Notes: a model not told the origin generated them from the letters alone. Shown: positions 24,159 to 37,307, counted from the first letter of the whole stretch. The stretch is 63,187 bases of DNA, filler included, from Licmophora abbreviata (GCA_900291995.1; 4 parts of 4 records of this genome joined end to end with filler, not necessarily neighbours in it); one strand, 5' to 3'. Numbers and translations are program-made.

Positions 24159-24374
24159 TCTAATACAACAATAAGACGAAAACGTTTGTATCGCAGCAAC
24201 AACAAGGAAGAGTATCTTCTGACGGCGTCGGAGGGGACAGACAGCCAAGAAAGTTGGTGCCCTCCGTTGCAGTTTTGCAGATGGCTTGTTTCCATGCCGG
24301 GCGCGCGTCGCGAGGCTCTGAGGTTTTGGAATGAGTGGACGCGACGAGTCAACGCAGCGCTGGACAGACTTTTA

Positions 24375-24474
24375 NNNNNNNNNNNNNNNNNNNNNNNNNN
24401 NNNNNNNNNNNNNNNNNNTTAATTAATTAANNNNNNNNNNNNNNNNNNNNNNNNNNNNNNNNNNNNNNNNNNNN
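24375..24474. other. Artificial assembly spacer (N44-TTAATTAATTAA-N44)
   Basis: Identical 100-bp linker. Confidence 0.97.
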
Positions 24475-24853
24475 TTTAAGTAAAAGACAAAAAATTACTC
24501 TTCATACTTAGCATTTCATACAACGTCAATGTTTCCTCACCATCCGAATCCAGAATCGACCCAATCTCGAAGTCGCCTCAACGCACGGCGGCGGAGAGCA
24601 TCACAGTGACGTGCAATCCCGACACCCCTCAGCAGCAGTCAACGACTACACATCAAACCTCAACGTTCAGCAGCTCCTAGCCGTTGTTTCCTCTGCAGCT
24701 TTGGTTGCTGAGCGCAAAAGTTGATACAGTGCGAGAGACGAGAGTGCGTAACAGCGCTGGATTGGAAGAAAAAATTGCAATAGAGAAAGTACGGACTTCT
24801 TCTTGCGACAAGTGCCAGTACTTGTTGGTGAAACTCGTGCTGCTTGAGTCACC

Positions 24854-27212
24854 ATGATGTCGGCACCGGATCGCGTGCAGGTGGACCATCCTGGAGCAGG
24901 AGGAGCCGGTCCAGTTTTGGGAGTGAGCAGTGAGACGGACTCGAATGGCGAACCAAGGCCACCGCTGCCGCCCCATCATCCCGCCTTTCGTGACATGACA
25001 CCACCGGCTCCATGGACTATTGGATCGACGGAAGGTCTACTGTCACTAGGAACACCCAGTGGAGCATCATCGATAGCTTCTTCGGAGCACCAGCAGGGCC
25101 CCCCGTTGAACCCGCAGGTCCCGTTCCCCTTGGTCGATCAAGCAGGCGTACGAAATGCGACACCGTCACCTCCTCCTCCCTATTCGACTGTGACTCCACG
25201 AGGGGGCGGGGCCGCCATTGGCAGCATGGGAGAAGCTACTACTACTTTGCGCAGCTTGAGTACTCCCTCGAAATCCTTGTATCAGGAATCCTTCTTTCAG
25301 CAGCCATCGGCAGCAGTCGAAGCTGTTCTGGCAGCCTCGTGCGAAGCCATGGGCTTTGACATTGCCGAAATGTGGCTCCGAACGGGACCCAAGACACACC
25401 AATTGACTAATTCGCATTTGCGGCCGACGGCATTGGACGAGTCTGCACGAGCCGAACTGGTCGATGTATACTACGGAGAGCGATCGTCGGAGCGAACGCA
25501 TCGACTATCCCCAGCCCTCTGTAAGCGAGCCAAGGAAGCGATGGATGTAGTGTGGGTGACGGCGAATGAACCAAGCGGAGCCGATACCTTGCGTGTATCG
25601 ATTAGCGATGTGCGAACGGCCGTGGCGGTTCCCATATGTCACGAAGCATCCAGTACGAACCTGACAATAATTTTTTTTCGATTCGACGGTATGTTGTTCT
25701 GGTCGGACGATGGGACAGTGTTGTCTCTTGCTAATACCGTCTCACGGTGTTCTAATTTGTTCGTTCTCTTCAGAATAATGATGAGACCAATAGCAGTAGA
25801 GTTCTTGGTACATATGTCGTTGGCAGCAGGTGTGGCGTCTGTCAACTCGTTGGCCGAGGACGAAGTAGACGAGATTGGTCAAGACGAGCTGCCGCAGCCC
25901 GATGATGAGCTGGGTATCGCGAGCAGATTCTCGCACTCGCGCTCTGAGCATACCCCGCGGTCCCCGTCCATGGTTCCTTTCCGTGTTACTGAGAAATTCT
26001 CAGTCACCGGTGCTCACTTGGACTTGCATTGGAGACAGCTAAGCAATGTCGAGTACTTGACTGACGGGGGGAACAGTTGGATTCACACCGCAGTTCTCAA
26101 CGGGACGCCGGTTGTTGTCAAGACACTGAAGCCAGAGTGTCAAGATGTTGTTCTCGCGATAAATGAAATCGAAGGGGAGCTTGGTAAGATTCCTCTTTTG
26201 GTGATGATTTGCAAGACGAACACCTAAAGTCTCACACTTGTCGCCTCACCCGCCGACATCGACACAGCCATTCACGCTAGATTGAACCATCCCAACATTG
26301 TTGCTCTCGTGGGTGCGGGAACTACGAGTAAAGGGGTGCGATTTGTTGTACTAGAGCGATTGGATGGAGGTACACTGACGCAGATGCTTGGCTATGACAC
26401 CCGCATAAGAGATAGGCGACGAAGGTTCTGGCGAAAGAAGCAGTTCTCGTTTCTCGACGTGCTCCGTTGTGCGCGGGCGATTGCCGACTCTATGGCGTAT
26501 TGTCACGGCAATGCAATTCCCGGAGGCATGGTTCTTCACCGTGACCTCAAACCTGACAATATCGGTACGCAGGTCTTGTCTTGGTGAGGCAGTAGTTTCG
26601 CTCGCTTCATTCACTCAAATTTCTTTCCATTCCTTGACATGGTATCGCTAGGCTTCACGCTGAATGGTATGGTGAAGATTCTCGATTTCGGCCTTGCCAA
26701 AGTAGTCGAAAAGGGATCTCCAAACTCGGAAGATGTGTATGAGATGAGCGGCGAGACAGGTTCGCTGAGGTATATGGCCCCAGAAGTGGCAGACGCTCTG
26801 CCGTATAATCACAAGGCCGACGTCTATTCTTTTGGTATGTGGATATCGGAATGCCAGCTGCCTTGCTCGCATTCATCTCTCGTGCACTCACATGTGCATC
26901 TTCGCCACAGGAATCATACTATGGGAGCTCACCGCATGCAAGAAACCATTCGAGGGCTTGACGAGAGAAACATTCTACGAAAGTGTTGTTCATGGAGGCG
27001 AACGCCCACATGTTAGTAAAAAGTGGCCGCGTGAGCTCGTCGCACTTATGACGGATTGTTGGGATGAGCGCATGGAGTATCGCCCTAATTTCAAAGTTAT
27101 TGTTCAAAGGATCGACGAAATGCTTACCCAGGAGAAAGGCGGCAGTGCAAAGAAAAGGGCATCCTTCAAGCGCATCTCGGGAATGGTCGATCGTCACTCA
27201 ACCTGGTTCTAG
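24854..27212 (+). CDS. Tyrosine-kinase-like (TKL) protein kinase with upstream GAF-like domain. Introns 25689-25773, 26184-26267, 26565-26651, 26835-26910
   Basis: VVVK, HPNIV, HRDLKPDN, DFG, GSLRYMAPE, DVYSFG, CW..R..RP.F; GAF-like SCEAMGFDIAEMWL...RTAVAVPI; splice phases consistent if the T-run at 25671-25678 lacks one T. Confidence 0.88.
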
Positions 27213-27367
27213 TGAGATTGTGAGCTGAAGCGCAGTTCAACCGTGTGGAGACACTTTACAGTATTCGTTCTACTCGTTATACATTGTATCAATTGTCAAG
27301 ATTTCCCCGATTATTACGCATTATTATGCATTTTCATGTCCCCACCCCCGTTCGTTTTGGCAACGGC

Positions 27368-30300
27368 CTACATTGGCAAACCTTGTTTCCACGGCTTCGC
27401 AATCTTGATGCATCTCGAATTCCGAGGTGACTCGACCGTATTGTCCGTTTCAGGGCCGGCATCGTCGCTTCTTGCCTCACCGATCGCGCGATACTTGGGA
27501 AGCGGGCTGAGGAGAGATCCAGGCGTCGGCCGTACAATTTCAACGCGACCTTCACTCGCCAGCTCGAGTAACGATTCCACTACGTTGTGCACCGTGCAAT
27601 AAGGACGGACGAATGACCATGATTCCGGCACGTCATTCCATTTCCGACATTGTGCTTCTAGCAGAACCTCGTGTCCAGCACGCGTCCCCGCGCCCAGGGA
27701 ACGGAGAACGATCTCCTTCAATATTCGCCTCGTCTCGGGTGAGACGGAGCTGAACGAGTAGTCAATGTCGCGACTCCTGTACATCGCCGGAACAGGTTTT
27801 GTGAGAGCGTCCTGCATGATACTTGCACTGCGAAGTTCCGCCCACAACTTCGAACGGTCCATGATGTCGAAGATCGAGACGCGAGACCTCTCCTCGCCGC
27901 CTGCCTTGATTCCGCGAGGCACGTAGACACTCGAATTCGCATACATCGCTTTCGGGTAGCAGCCTTCCCCAGAAGGGTCGTCAGCGGGAGCAAACAAAGA
28001 TTCAGCTGCACGGGTTCGTTCCGAGATAGGTCGGTTCTGCTTTTTCCCAGCCGCGCCAAAAATCAAATTCCGGTACGAGAGCTTGTTTCCACTTGCGGCG
28101 GTACTCACGCCTGATCCGTAGATTCCAAACTCGAGCGTATTGGGGTCGGCTTTGTCCTCCGCTGCCTGACAACTAGCCGATGCCACATTCCACGTGTTCA
28201 TGGAGCAGTACCAAACATCGGGCAAGGAATCAGCCGAAATATGGGGTGGGAGTCTCCTCCACTTACTGCATTTTTCGCACATGACCCATTCCTGATTATC
28301 CGGGTCCTGCGACTGTGACCCTATCTTTTCGCCTCTTCCCTTGCCGGAAAAGTCCTTCGATGCACGACCGCGCTGTCTCCCTCGTCCCTTACTCTTCGTC
28401 ACGCCAGAATCGAGCGCAACATCCAATTCGGCCTCATCGTCAGTGTGCTTCGACCGCTTTCCGCCTAATGATGCGGACGAAGACTGCTTCCTGAGGGGCT
28501 TGCGAGTCTCGACGTCAGAAGTGGGTGACTGACTCATTGATGTGACGGGCCCGACTCGAGCCACCCCTTTCGCTGATTCCCCTTTCTGTTGCAACTTCAG
28601 TGTTGACTTCTCATTTACAGGGCTGCGGACACTCTGACCCTCCTTATTCCGTTCTTTCTTCCCCTTCTTCACAGCAAATTCGGCATCGGATGACATCGAC
28701 CCCACATGCTCAGCCTGCTTTCGGGCGAGACGCGCTGCCTTTCGCTTAGCTTTGCGGCGCTCCTTCTTTATCTCAGTCAGAGTCTGCTCTTGAGCATCAC
28801 ACGAGTTTCGCAACGCATCGTAGATGTTCATTTCACAGTACCAGTGCTTAGGAAGTTTCTGCGTCTGAACATTGCTGGGAAGAATGCGCCATTTGAGACA
28901 CTTGTCACACTGCACCCATTCACGATCGTCTTCGTCATCGGAGTCGTCGGCTGCACGCCTTCGCTTTGCCTCCCCTGTAGCAGATGTCGCCTTTTCTTGC
29001 TTCTCTCTCTTCTTCTTCTTCTTTGCATACGGATCCTGTATCACGATTTCCTGTCGTGCCGCAATCCTTTCATTTGCCTGCTGGGCGGCTCGACGACCGG
29101 ATCTTGGCACCGGCGAATACGCTTCATCCATGAAGCTAGACAAGTCCGGGATGGGCGTCATTACTTTCCTTTCTCGCGTCTCCTCTGGTGAAGGCGCCAC
29201 TACTGGCGATTCGTCTTTTGCTGGCGACGCTTCGTGAGGGATGACCATGCTGGACAAAGAGCTGTTCACAGCCGTGTCCTCCGCAGGGGCAGTCTCGCTC
29301 TCGTCCACAGCCTTGGCGGAGGAAGCGACCAGCTCGACCGGAGCAGCACTCGACTTCGCATCTTTAGAGGGCGGCCCCAAAGATTCAGCGGACTTTAAAG
29401 GTGCAGAAAGCGGTTGAGAGGAATCCTCCGGTGGGAAACCACCCTCGATTGCTATCTCTCCCCCTGCGGGACCGTCATTCCGCTCTGTAATGTTAGCGTC
29501 TCTCAATGCCATGTCACCGGAACCGTCGATGAGAGGCTCTTCTTCGGACGGCTCCCCTCCCTCCGCTGTTGACTCTTCACGCGGATCGGGGATTTCAGTC
29601 GGCACAACTTCTGTCTCTGCCTCGTCACGAGTCGTTGCCTTGACGTCCACTTTCTTTACAGGCGGCCCCTCGGCACAGGCAGAGTCTTCCTCGCGGCTGC
29701 GCTTGTTCCCTGTAGTCACTGGTACTGTGCTGGCTTCCAGCTGAGGAGACACATCGGTTTCTTTCTCTGAGCTCGGGACATCGTGGTCTCTTCCACCCGA
29801 CTTAGATTCATCGTCCGAGTCGTTCGACCTGTCCTCGACAGCGCTCTCTCGTTTTCGCTTTGGAGCGTGTAAGCGGAGCTTGAGCTTTGGCTTCTTCTTT
29901 TCCAAGGCGCCACCTTCACTTGGTTTGTCTTCCGCCGAGTCATCCGTAGTCTTCTCGTCTGTCTCTGCTTCCTTGACACGGGCGGATTCCTTTTCTTTCG
30001 AGGGAAATGTAATACTTGGCAGAAAAGTTGCGATTGTGGTTGTTTCTTCCGTCGGCGCCGACTTGACCCCCTCGTCGACTGAAATTTCTTCGTCCTCATT
30101 CTTGATTTCCTCGTCGCCCACCACCACGCTCTTGTCGTCCTCGCTCTGCTCGTCTTTTGGTTCTGGGACTTCAAAAACAGCAGCAGACGCTCGATGTGCG
30201 CCGTTCCCCTCGGCGTCGACAACGATATCAGCGTCTGGGAACTTGGTTACTTCCGACGTTCCATCATCATACTTTATCCGAATCTTGGAGCCGCCCGTCG

Positions 30301-31126
30301 ACACGGCCGTGACTAAGCCGCCGTACCACTTTCGCTTTCGAACAATTCTTCCGTCGCGTTTCCGTACTTTCGTTTCGAAGCGAACCTGTTGAGCAACAAC
30401 CATCGTGCAACCATACAGAGTTAGTATCGCATGCTGCATATACGAACAGCATCATTCCAATACTGCCGCTACCATGACACTCACCTTGACTCTCAGACCG
30501 GAACAAACGCTTCGTTTTTGCTTCTTGATGGGCAGACCCTGCTTCCATTCCATAAGCTCCGGTGCCGGAGGCTGAACTGTCGACTTTGACGCAGATTTCT
30601 TGGCACTACCCTTCGACTTGACAGGCGTTTTCGTCTCGTCGTCGTCGTCCTTAGGCGCTTTCTTTTGCTTCCTTTTCCACTGATGCTGGATCTTGTTGGC
30701 GGCACTATTTAGATTGACCTTCTTCTGATGAAGGTCCCTATGAGCATTCCTCTGGTTGTCATTGTCGTCGTCCGAGTCTTGCTGATCCCCTCGCAAGCGC
30801 TCTTCGTCGTCAGTTCCCGACCCGTCGCTACTGCTACTGCTATTTTCCTCTTCTGACTCAAATTCATTCTCCTCCTCTCCATTGCTGCTCGAAGGATCGC
30901 CGTCGTCCGCACTGTTACCCTGTGGTGGTGAAGGTAACGGCAGGGGATGTTTGCGAGGACGCCCCCGCTTGCGAGGTGGATCTCCTGGCTTGCGCGGTGG
31001 CTTGCTCACCGCCGCCAATGGACGATTCTTTTTTTTCTTCTTTCGTCTGTCCCGTTTGGGAGCTGCAGGGCCGCCTTCCCCAGCCTCTTGCAATGACTGC
31101 TGAATTGCCAGTCGAAGTGAACTCAT
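27368..31126 (-). CDS. Chromatin reader with AT-hook, Tudor-like domain and two CW-type zinc fingers; intron 30484-30386
   Basis: RKRGRPRK; KWYGGLVTAV...IRIKYDDG; WVQCDKCLKWR...WYCEMN...SC and WVMCEKCSKWR...WYCSMN...SC. Confidence 0.85.
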
Positions 31127-31886
31127 TGTGATGTAGCTGGCGTGAAAGACGGAGCTGTGAATGTATCAATGGGAGCAAAAGCAAAGGAAAATATGACAAT
31201 CTGGTGAGTGAAAACAGGCAGAACGGAAATCAATCAGTCCACGAAAGACAAGTCATGCTTTCAAAATTGAGTAGATTGAATTCGCCAGTATCAATGCGAA
31301 CCTGCGTTCTCTCCAGAAACGCCCTGCTTCTAGTCCGTTGGAACGGTTCCCGACAGCAGGCACCACTCCCATAAATGAAAACTGCATACAATGGCATGGG
31401 AATGACATGGTGCGCACCGCAAAGACCCAATTTCAAGAGTCATTTGAGAACAGCCGCGGATACGAATGACCTCATTCCGAGACTCCAATGGATTGCAACG
31501 CCTCGTTTCCGATGCAACTCGCTCATTTCTACTTACCAAAAACCTCTCTAGTGCAAATCAAGATGAATGTATGAACTGAGTTTCCGTCGTTGTCGCTGAA
31601 ATAATAAGCAACCAGCAAGACTTTGCCTCAAGCCTCTTGAAGTCACTGCCAGTTTTGAGGTTTGTTCGGGCGTCTGTGTTGTTGTGGTGGTGCGGCACAA
31701 TGCGACTGGCTAAGAAGGGTTCACGTGGAATTTGTACCAAAGCGACAAAATGGTAAAGTTCCATATTCTACGCAAATTTAGTACTCAATTATACAAAGGA
31801 CTAGGAATCTTTGTAATTTTGGATAGAACTTCCCCTTTTCAAGCACCGCCTTCCATCCCATCTTTTCCTTTTCATCGTAAACGACC

Positions 31887-32323
31887 ATGAGCAGCGACCC
31901 AACACAGGACGCTGATACGTCTGGCACTGACCTCAAGAGTGGCCCGTTTGGTCTCTTGTACAATGCAGTACGAGGAAACACACAAGTTCTTGTCAATGTG
32001 CGGAACAATCACAAATTACTCGGTCGCGTCAAAGCCTATGATCGGCACATGAATTTGTGAGTGTGTGTGTGACCATGATGGTCTTTTGAGACTCGGTTAA
32101 GGTCTCTTTGACATTAACATTTCTCCTTGTTATTTTGTTGTTTAGACTCCTGGAGGACGTGAAGGAAATGTGGACGGAACAGTCTAAAGGAGGCAAGAAC
32201 AAGACCCGGGGTGCGGCCGTAAATAAGGATCGGTATGTCAGCAAAATGTTTCTGAGAGGGGATTCGGTCATTCTCATTGTCAATAATCCAGCGGGTCTGG
32301 CAGCGACGGAAGAAGGACAATAG
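31887..32323 (+). CDS. SNRPD2: Small nuclear ribonucleoprotein Sm D2; intron 32057-32145
   Basis: [46 protein letters not shown]...[20 protein letters not shown]. Confidence 0.95.
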
Positions 32324-32525
32324 AAAAGAAGAGCAGTGGCTAGTTGGGGTGTTGGTGTAGCAGAAAGAGTCAGGGTCATGCCTTGCGAGACTTGGTTGTC
32401 CCTCCTATTGAGTACTAGCCCGACTTTCGACTATAGCCAGCCACTTGTCGTTCGTTGCTCGTAGGTAGAGAGAGCGTACGGGTACGGGATTCTTTCTTTT
32501 TTATATTGCGTTACCACTGTCCACA

Positions 32526-33585
32526 CTATTTGGCAGTCTGCTCCGCAGCAAGCTTCGCGGACTTGCGCGACGATCGCCTCTTGGAGATGAGGGAGCGTCG
32601 AGTTTCCCTCTGCTCTGCCATGCGCTGGGCCACAAGCTTCTTGTAGGCAGCCGCCTCTTCCTTGTTGCGAAGAATACTGTTGAGCTTCTCCGCCTTGCGA
32701 GCGCGCTTGCGCTGAAGCGTCAAGGGTGTTACGAGACGCTGAATCTTGGGAGCCTTGCGCACGCTCTTGCCTTTCTTGTTGGTGAAGGTACGGGCAATCA
32801 CATACTTGCGGACATCGTCCTCCTTGGTCAAGTTGAAGAGCTTACGAATGTTGTTAGCACGCTTGGGTCCAAGACGGCGAGGAACAGTGTCGTCCGTCAA
32901 GCCTGGAATCGTCTTCTCTCCAACCTGCGTGACGACCAAGTTAAGGACAGCAATGTCGTGTCCGACGATACATCCGCGAACCGACTTGCGCTTACGCTCT
33001 CCCGTTCGGCGTGGACGATAGGCCTTGTGTCCTTTCTTACACAACAAACGAACACGAGTGTTGGTCAAGACGCCCTGGCGCATCGGAAAGCCCTGCTTGT
33101 CGTTGCCACCAGAAATACGCAGGATGGATCCGTCAAACTCTTCTCCCAAGACGGATCCATCAATTTCCTGTGCCATGCGACGCTCATAGAGGTTTTGCAG
33201 ACGCTTCTCGTCATCAATTTCGATGACCTTCTGCATGCCGGTACTCGGACAAGCGATATTGATCTGCGGGTGCAATCGATGGGAAAGGGAAGGGAAGGTG
33301 AGTCAAATTCGCGTCGTGCAAGAAGGAAGATTTCGCCTCTGATTTCCCACAGCCAGCGCCCATACGAAGTCATGTGAAAGACCGAGAGTCCCAAGCAACG
33401 AGCGTCCCGACATCAACATGAACGACAGAGCCCCCATCATGTACCCCCACCAAATTGGGTACTGAGCCGCCAGACTAACATGGTACAAATCGCTGTGTCC
33501 GAAGTTCATCGTCCCGTTTCCCTCTCTCGTACGCTCGTTCTACTCCATTTTCAATTCTCTCTATCATTGCTCATCGCACCTTCAT
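32526..33585 (-). CDS. RPS6: 40S ribosomal protein S6 (eS6); micro-exon 33585-33580 (ATG AAG), intron 33579-33264
   Basis: [14 protein letters not shown]...[13 protein letters not shown]...[19 protein letters not shown]...[11 protein letters not shown]. Confidence 0.97.
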
Positions 33586-33960
33586 GTTTGTGCTTGTTGT
33601 TCGCCAGTTTCTCTGCCGTCGTCGAGCGTCTTGTCCACAATGGTATGTTTGTCCTTGCAGTCAAGAGGAGATTGGGACCACGAGATTGTGCGGCCGAGCG
33701 GCTACGCTTTTCTCAGTATTGATTCTACGTGTGACCAACACAAAAGTAAGCGGTAAGTTAAGATTGGAATTAGGAATCTTATATCGCGCCTTCTCAGGTG
33801 AAATACTGTGGCAAAAAATTGCGCGCCGCTATGAACTCGTAGTATGTTGCACGTGCTTCGAGTGATGGTCGACCATGACGACGTGCGTAGGGGTTCAGAC
33901 GGGCCGTGGAGCCCATAGATAGAAGACAGAGAGCGATAGCAGCTCTTCACATATGCAACA

Positions 33961-35858
33961 ATGGGAGATCGTTCACATGATCACAGTCGTGACGACAGTC
34001 AGACTCGATTCCTTACTCCTGCAGACGACTGCGGCGACGACGAGCGCTCAGTGACAAGCACTTCTGAAACACACTCGATGAACGCCCCGCTGTCACTTTC
34101 TACGTCTCTTTGTATCTTATATGGGCTGAATGGAGCCACACTCGCTCTACCAGTGACCGCCCTCATGTACATAGTAAACACTCGAGCAGAAGTTCCAGTC
34201 GCATATCTCGCTGCCTACGGGGCCATCGCGTTCCTGCCATTCTCCTTGAAACCACTCTACGGCTACTTGACTGATACGCGCATTACAACAGACCACCTAC
34301 TGGATCTTCTACTATTGATCAGTGGTTTGACAACGGCTGCAACAGCCTTTGTCCCTGCAGAGGGAATTCTTTCCTGCTTTCTCTTCGCCTTTTTACGAGG
34401 CGTCACGAGTGCTTGGGCCGAGTTTCTCCTCGGTCTTTGCTTGATTCGAGATGCCCAACAGACCGATGGCATGTATGAGAAGGCAGCGTCTCTGTTCCAG
34501 TCACAAGCTGCTACGGCACGAAATATCGGATCCCTTGCTGCCAACATTGTGGCATTCTTGTTGTTTGCGCATCGACACTACAGGTTGTCGTTGATGGTGT
34601 CGTCGCACATGAATGATGGTGCAGACGATGAGGCTGAATTGAGCGATAGGATGGTGACTATCTTGTTGCTGACTACAGCCGCTCTGAATGTGTGTGGAGC
34701 ATGTATTGCTTATTGGTACCCGGTAGGGGGAAGTAGAAGGCACGAGCGCATGCGAGTGAAGCTCGACGAAGACCCTGAAGTATCACATGACAACGGCCTG
34801 GCATCTCTGGGGGTTCATCGAATCGAGACGATGTGTGACACCTGTGCCGATGATGATTCGTCTACTGCCTTTTCTTCAGTCAGTGAAGGAGGTCATTGTC
34901 GATCTCTTGTATTGTTTCAGTCTACAGTTGTAATTCTGGCCTTGCGTGGTCCAATCGTGAGCGTCGTTCCAGTGGCTATGTGGCAACTGTCTTTCTTTCT
35001 GGCTGCAGCTGTGTTGCTGTGGTCCATTGCTAGCACACCAAGGTCATGGATGCGATCGTATCGCATATGCCTCTTTCTCATTCTTCGATACTCAATCCCA
35101 ACAGCAAAGTATCTGATGCAATCATACATTTACTCTCTGTTTCAGTCGACGCCTATGATCTTGCAGTTCATGTCAGTCAGCAGCATGGGAGTGACCGTCC
35201 TATCGTCATGGTCCTATGGGAAGATCCTAGCGCGCTTCTCCCACGGTCGTCAGCTTGTGATGGTGATTGTTGGAACGACGCTTGCTGCTTCGCTCTTGTC
35301 GCTGAGCAATCTCGCGCTTTTGTCTTTGAAGGAAGTTAAAACAACATCCGTGCTCATTGTTGTTGCTGCCAACGCGGTCCTTAGTTTTGCTTCGGAGTGG
35401 AGATTTCTCCCCGACGTAATCCTGGCGACAACGGCTGTTGGCACTTGCGATGCTTCTCGGTCTCAATGGAGTGAGGTTTGCGAGGAAGAGAATATGTCCG
35501 TCGCAGAGGAGGAGCCGTCTGACACAACCCATGCTACAACGGGACTCGGCGATACAAGGGGAATTCAGTACGGGACGTTGATATCCTGTATCGACTTTGG
35601 AGGTTAGCACTGCTGATCGCTCTTTATACCTCGGGATAGATGCACACATCATCTCACTCTGACTTTCCTTGCAACATTCTCGATTTCAAAGGTCAAATCG
35701 GCTCGTGGGCTACGGTGCCCTTGATTACAGCCCTCGGGATCACTCGTGACAACGACTGGAAGAATCTTGACATCATGATTGTGCTTACCACGTTGTTTGG
35801 GGTGGCGTCCGTGGGACTCGTCTTTCTTCTTCGGGGACGGAATGGTTGGCATGGCTGA
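33961..35858 (+). CDS. MFS transporter, folate-biopterin (BT1)-like; intron 35603-35691
   Basis: Many TM segments; LPFSLKPLYGYLTD motif; YGTLISCIDFG/GQIGSW across the intron. Confidence 0.75.
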
Positions 35859-36233
35859 CGATACCGGTACATTGCTTCTCTACTCCTGCCCTTATGGTAT
35901 CGCAAATACACGACGTCCTTTACCATGTAGGCGAGGTTCCTCGATCGAGATCCGAACGTGCGCGATGCACTGTACAATATAAGAAACCAACAAACTTCCT
36001 TCGTATCTCTTCTTCTTTGTGTACTAACGTATTATATTCTCCTCCAAAGCGACCGTCGAATTCATGGGAGTTTGCAATCGCGAAGTCTACGCGAGCTTTC
36101 TCGCCCCCCGCCGTCGTGGACGCTCTCGCGCGACACAACGCGTCGGCATCAAACTCATCAACACAATAACAGAGTGTCATCAGCAAAGGTTGTGATGATG
36201 TGATGCACCGCATGGACGACGATTCCGACAATC

Positions 36234-37307
36234 ATGAGTTTCGTGGATGGTCTGCAGCTCCGGATCTGTCTGGGAGATAATCCAGAGTCTCCTAAGTGTG
36301 AACTTGGAGCGGTGGTGTCGTCGCATCTGCAAGAAACCTTTCGTCAGGACGGATTCATCGTGCTACCCCATTTCTTTGATGCGTCGACCGTCTTGACTCT
36401 AAATAATAGGTTGGAAGAAGTATTGCGAGGCCGCTACGATCGTGATCGAGCCCCAGACAAGACCCCGCGACTGATTCGAGTGGAACGAAAGCGAGAAAAT
36501 TTCCCACATGAAGCGGCGGAGGATCGGCATCACCATGATGGGCGACGTCGTAATCGATGTCGTGCCAAGACGACCAAGTCACCGGGCGGAGTAGGCCCTC
36601 TTGGATTCAGTGGAAACCTCGAGAATGTTCGAGTCTTGCAAGTCATCAATATTCATAAGTCGGATCGCCTTTTTCGCTCACTGGCCATTCACCCAATGTT
36701 GGGAAAACTGGTATCCGAGTTGGCTGGTTGGCAAAATGGGGCGCGTCTCGCACAAGATCAAGTGTGGGCCAAGCCTCCCGGGGCCGCACCGTTGGTATTT
36801 CATCGGGATAGTCCCTACTTCATGTTTGACCCTCCAGATGTAGTCACGGTGTGGGTGGCGCTGGACAACATGGATGCACAGATTGGGCCTTTGCAATATG
36901 CACGAGGGTCGCATCTGTGGGGTGACGGGCGTGTTGGATCATCCAACCAGTTCTTTGAGCCCGACGGAGGACAGTCTCTGTTGCGTTCCGCTGCCAGACG
37001 ATCTGGTGTGGACGACATTGACATTGTAAGCATGGCCGGACTCAAAGCTGGAGGAATTTCGATACACGACGGGCGGACTTGGCATGGTTCAGGCAAGAAC
37101 GAAAGCGCGTGTCGTCCACGGCGTGGTCTGGGTCTCCATTTTGTGCCTGCTGATGTGAATTTTACAGTCGAGGCACGGAAAAGTAGTTTGTGGCGATCCT
37201 ATGTTGAACAAGCCGAAGATCCGTCGAAGGTCAATTTGTGTGAGAGTGACTTTCCAATCACCTGGCAGCCGCTTGACGATAAGGTGGCAGAGGGCGGTGA
37301 TTGCTGA
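36234..37307 (+). CDS. Phytanoyl-CoA dioxygenase (PhyH)-family 2OG/Fe(II) oxygenase
   Basis: F..DGFIVL, KPPG...FHRD (HxD), VTVWVALD, GSH.W, TWHGSG.N...RR. Confidence 0.88.
   Translation: MSFVDGLQLRICLGDNPESPKCELGAVVSSHLQETFRQDGFIVLPHFFDASTVLTLNNRLEEVLRGRYDRDRAPDKTPRLIRVERKRENFPHEAAEDRHHHDGRRRNRCRAKTTKSPGGVGPLGFSGNLENVRVLQVINIHKSDRLFRSLAIHPMLGKLVSELAGWQNGARLAQDQVWAKPPGAAPLVFHRDSPYFMFDPPDVVTVWVALDNMDAQIGPLQYARGSHLWGDGRVGSSNQFFEPDGGQSLLRSAARRSGVDDIDIVSMAGLKAGGISIHDGRTWHGSGKNESACRPRRGLGLHFVPADVNFTVEARKSSLWRSYVEQAEDPSKVNLCESDFPITWQPLDDKVAEGGDC

Noticed and set aside
35920..36231. 103-aa minus-strand ORF between the BT1-like and PhyH genes
   Set aside because: No motif, non-ATG first codon, and it sits in the probable promoter/UTR space
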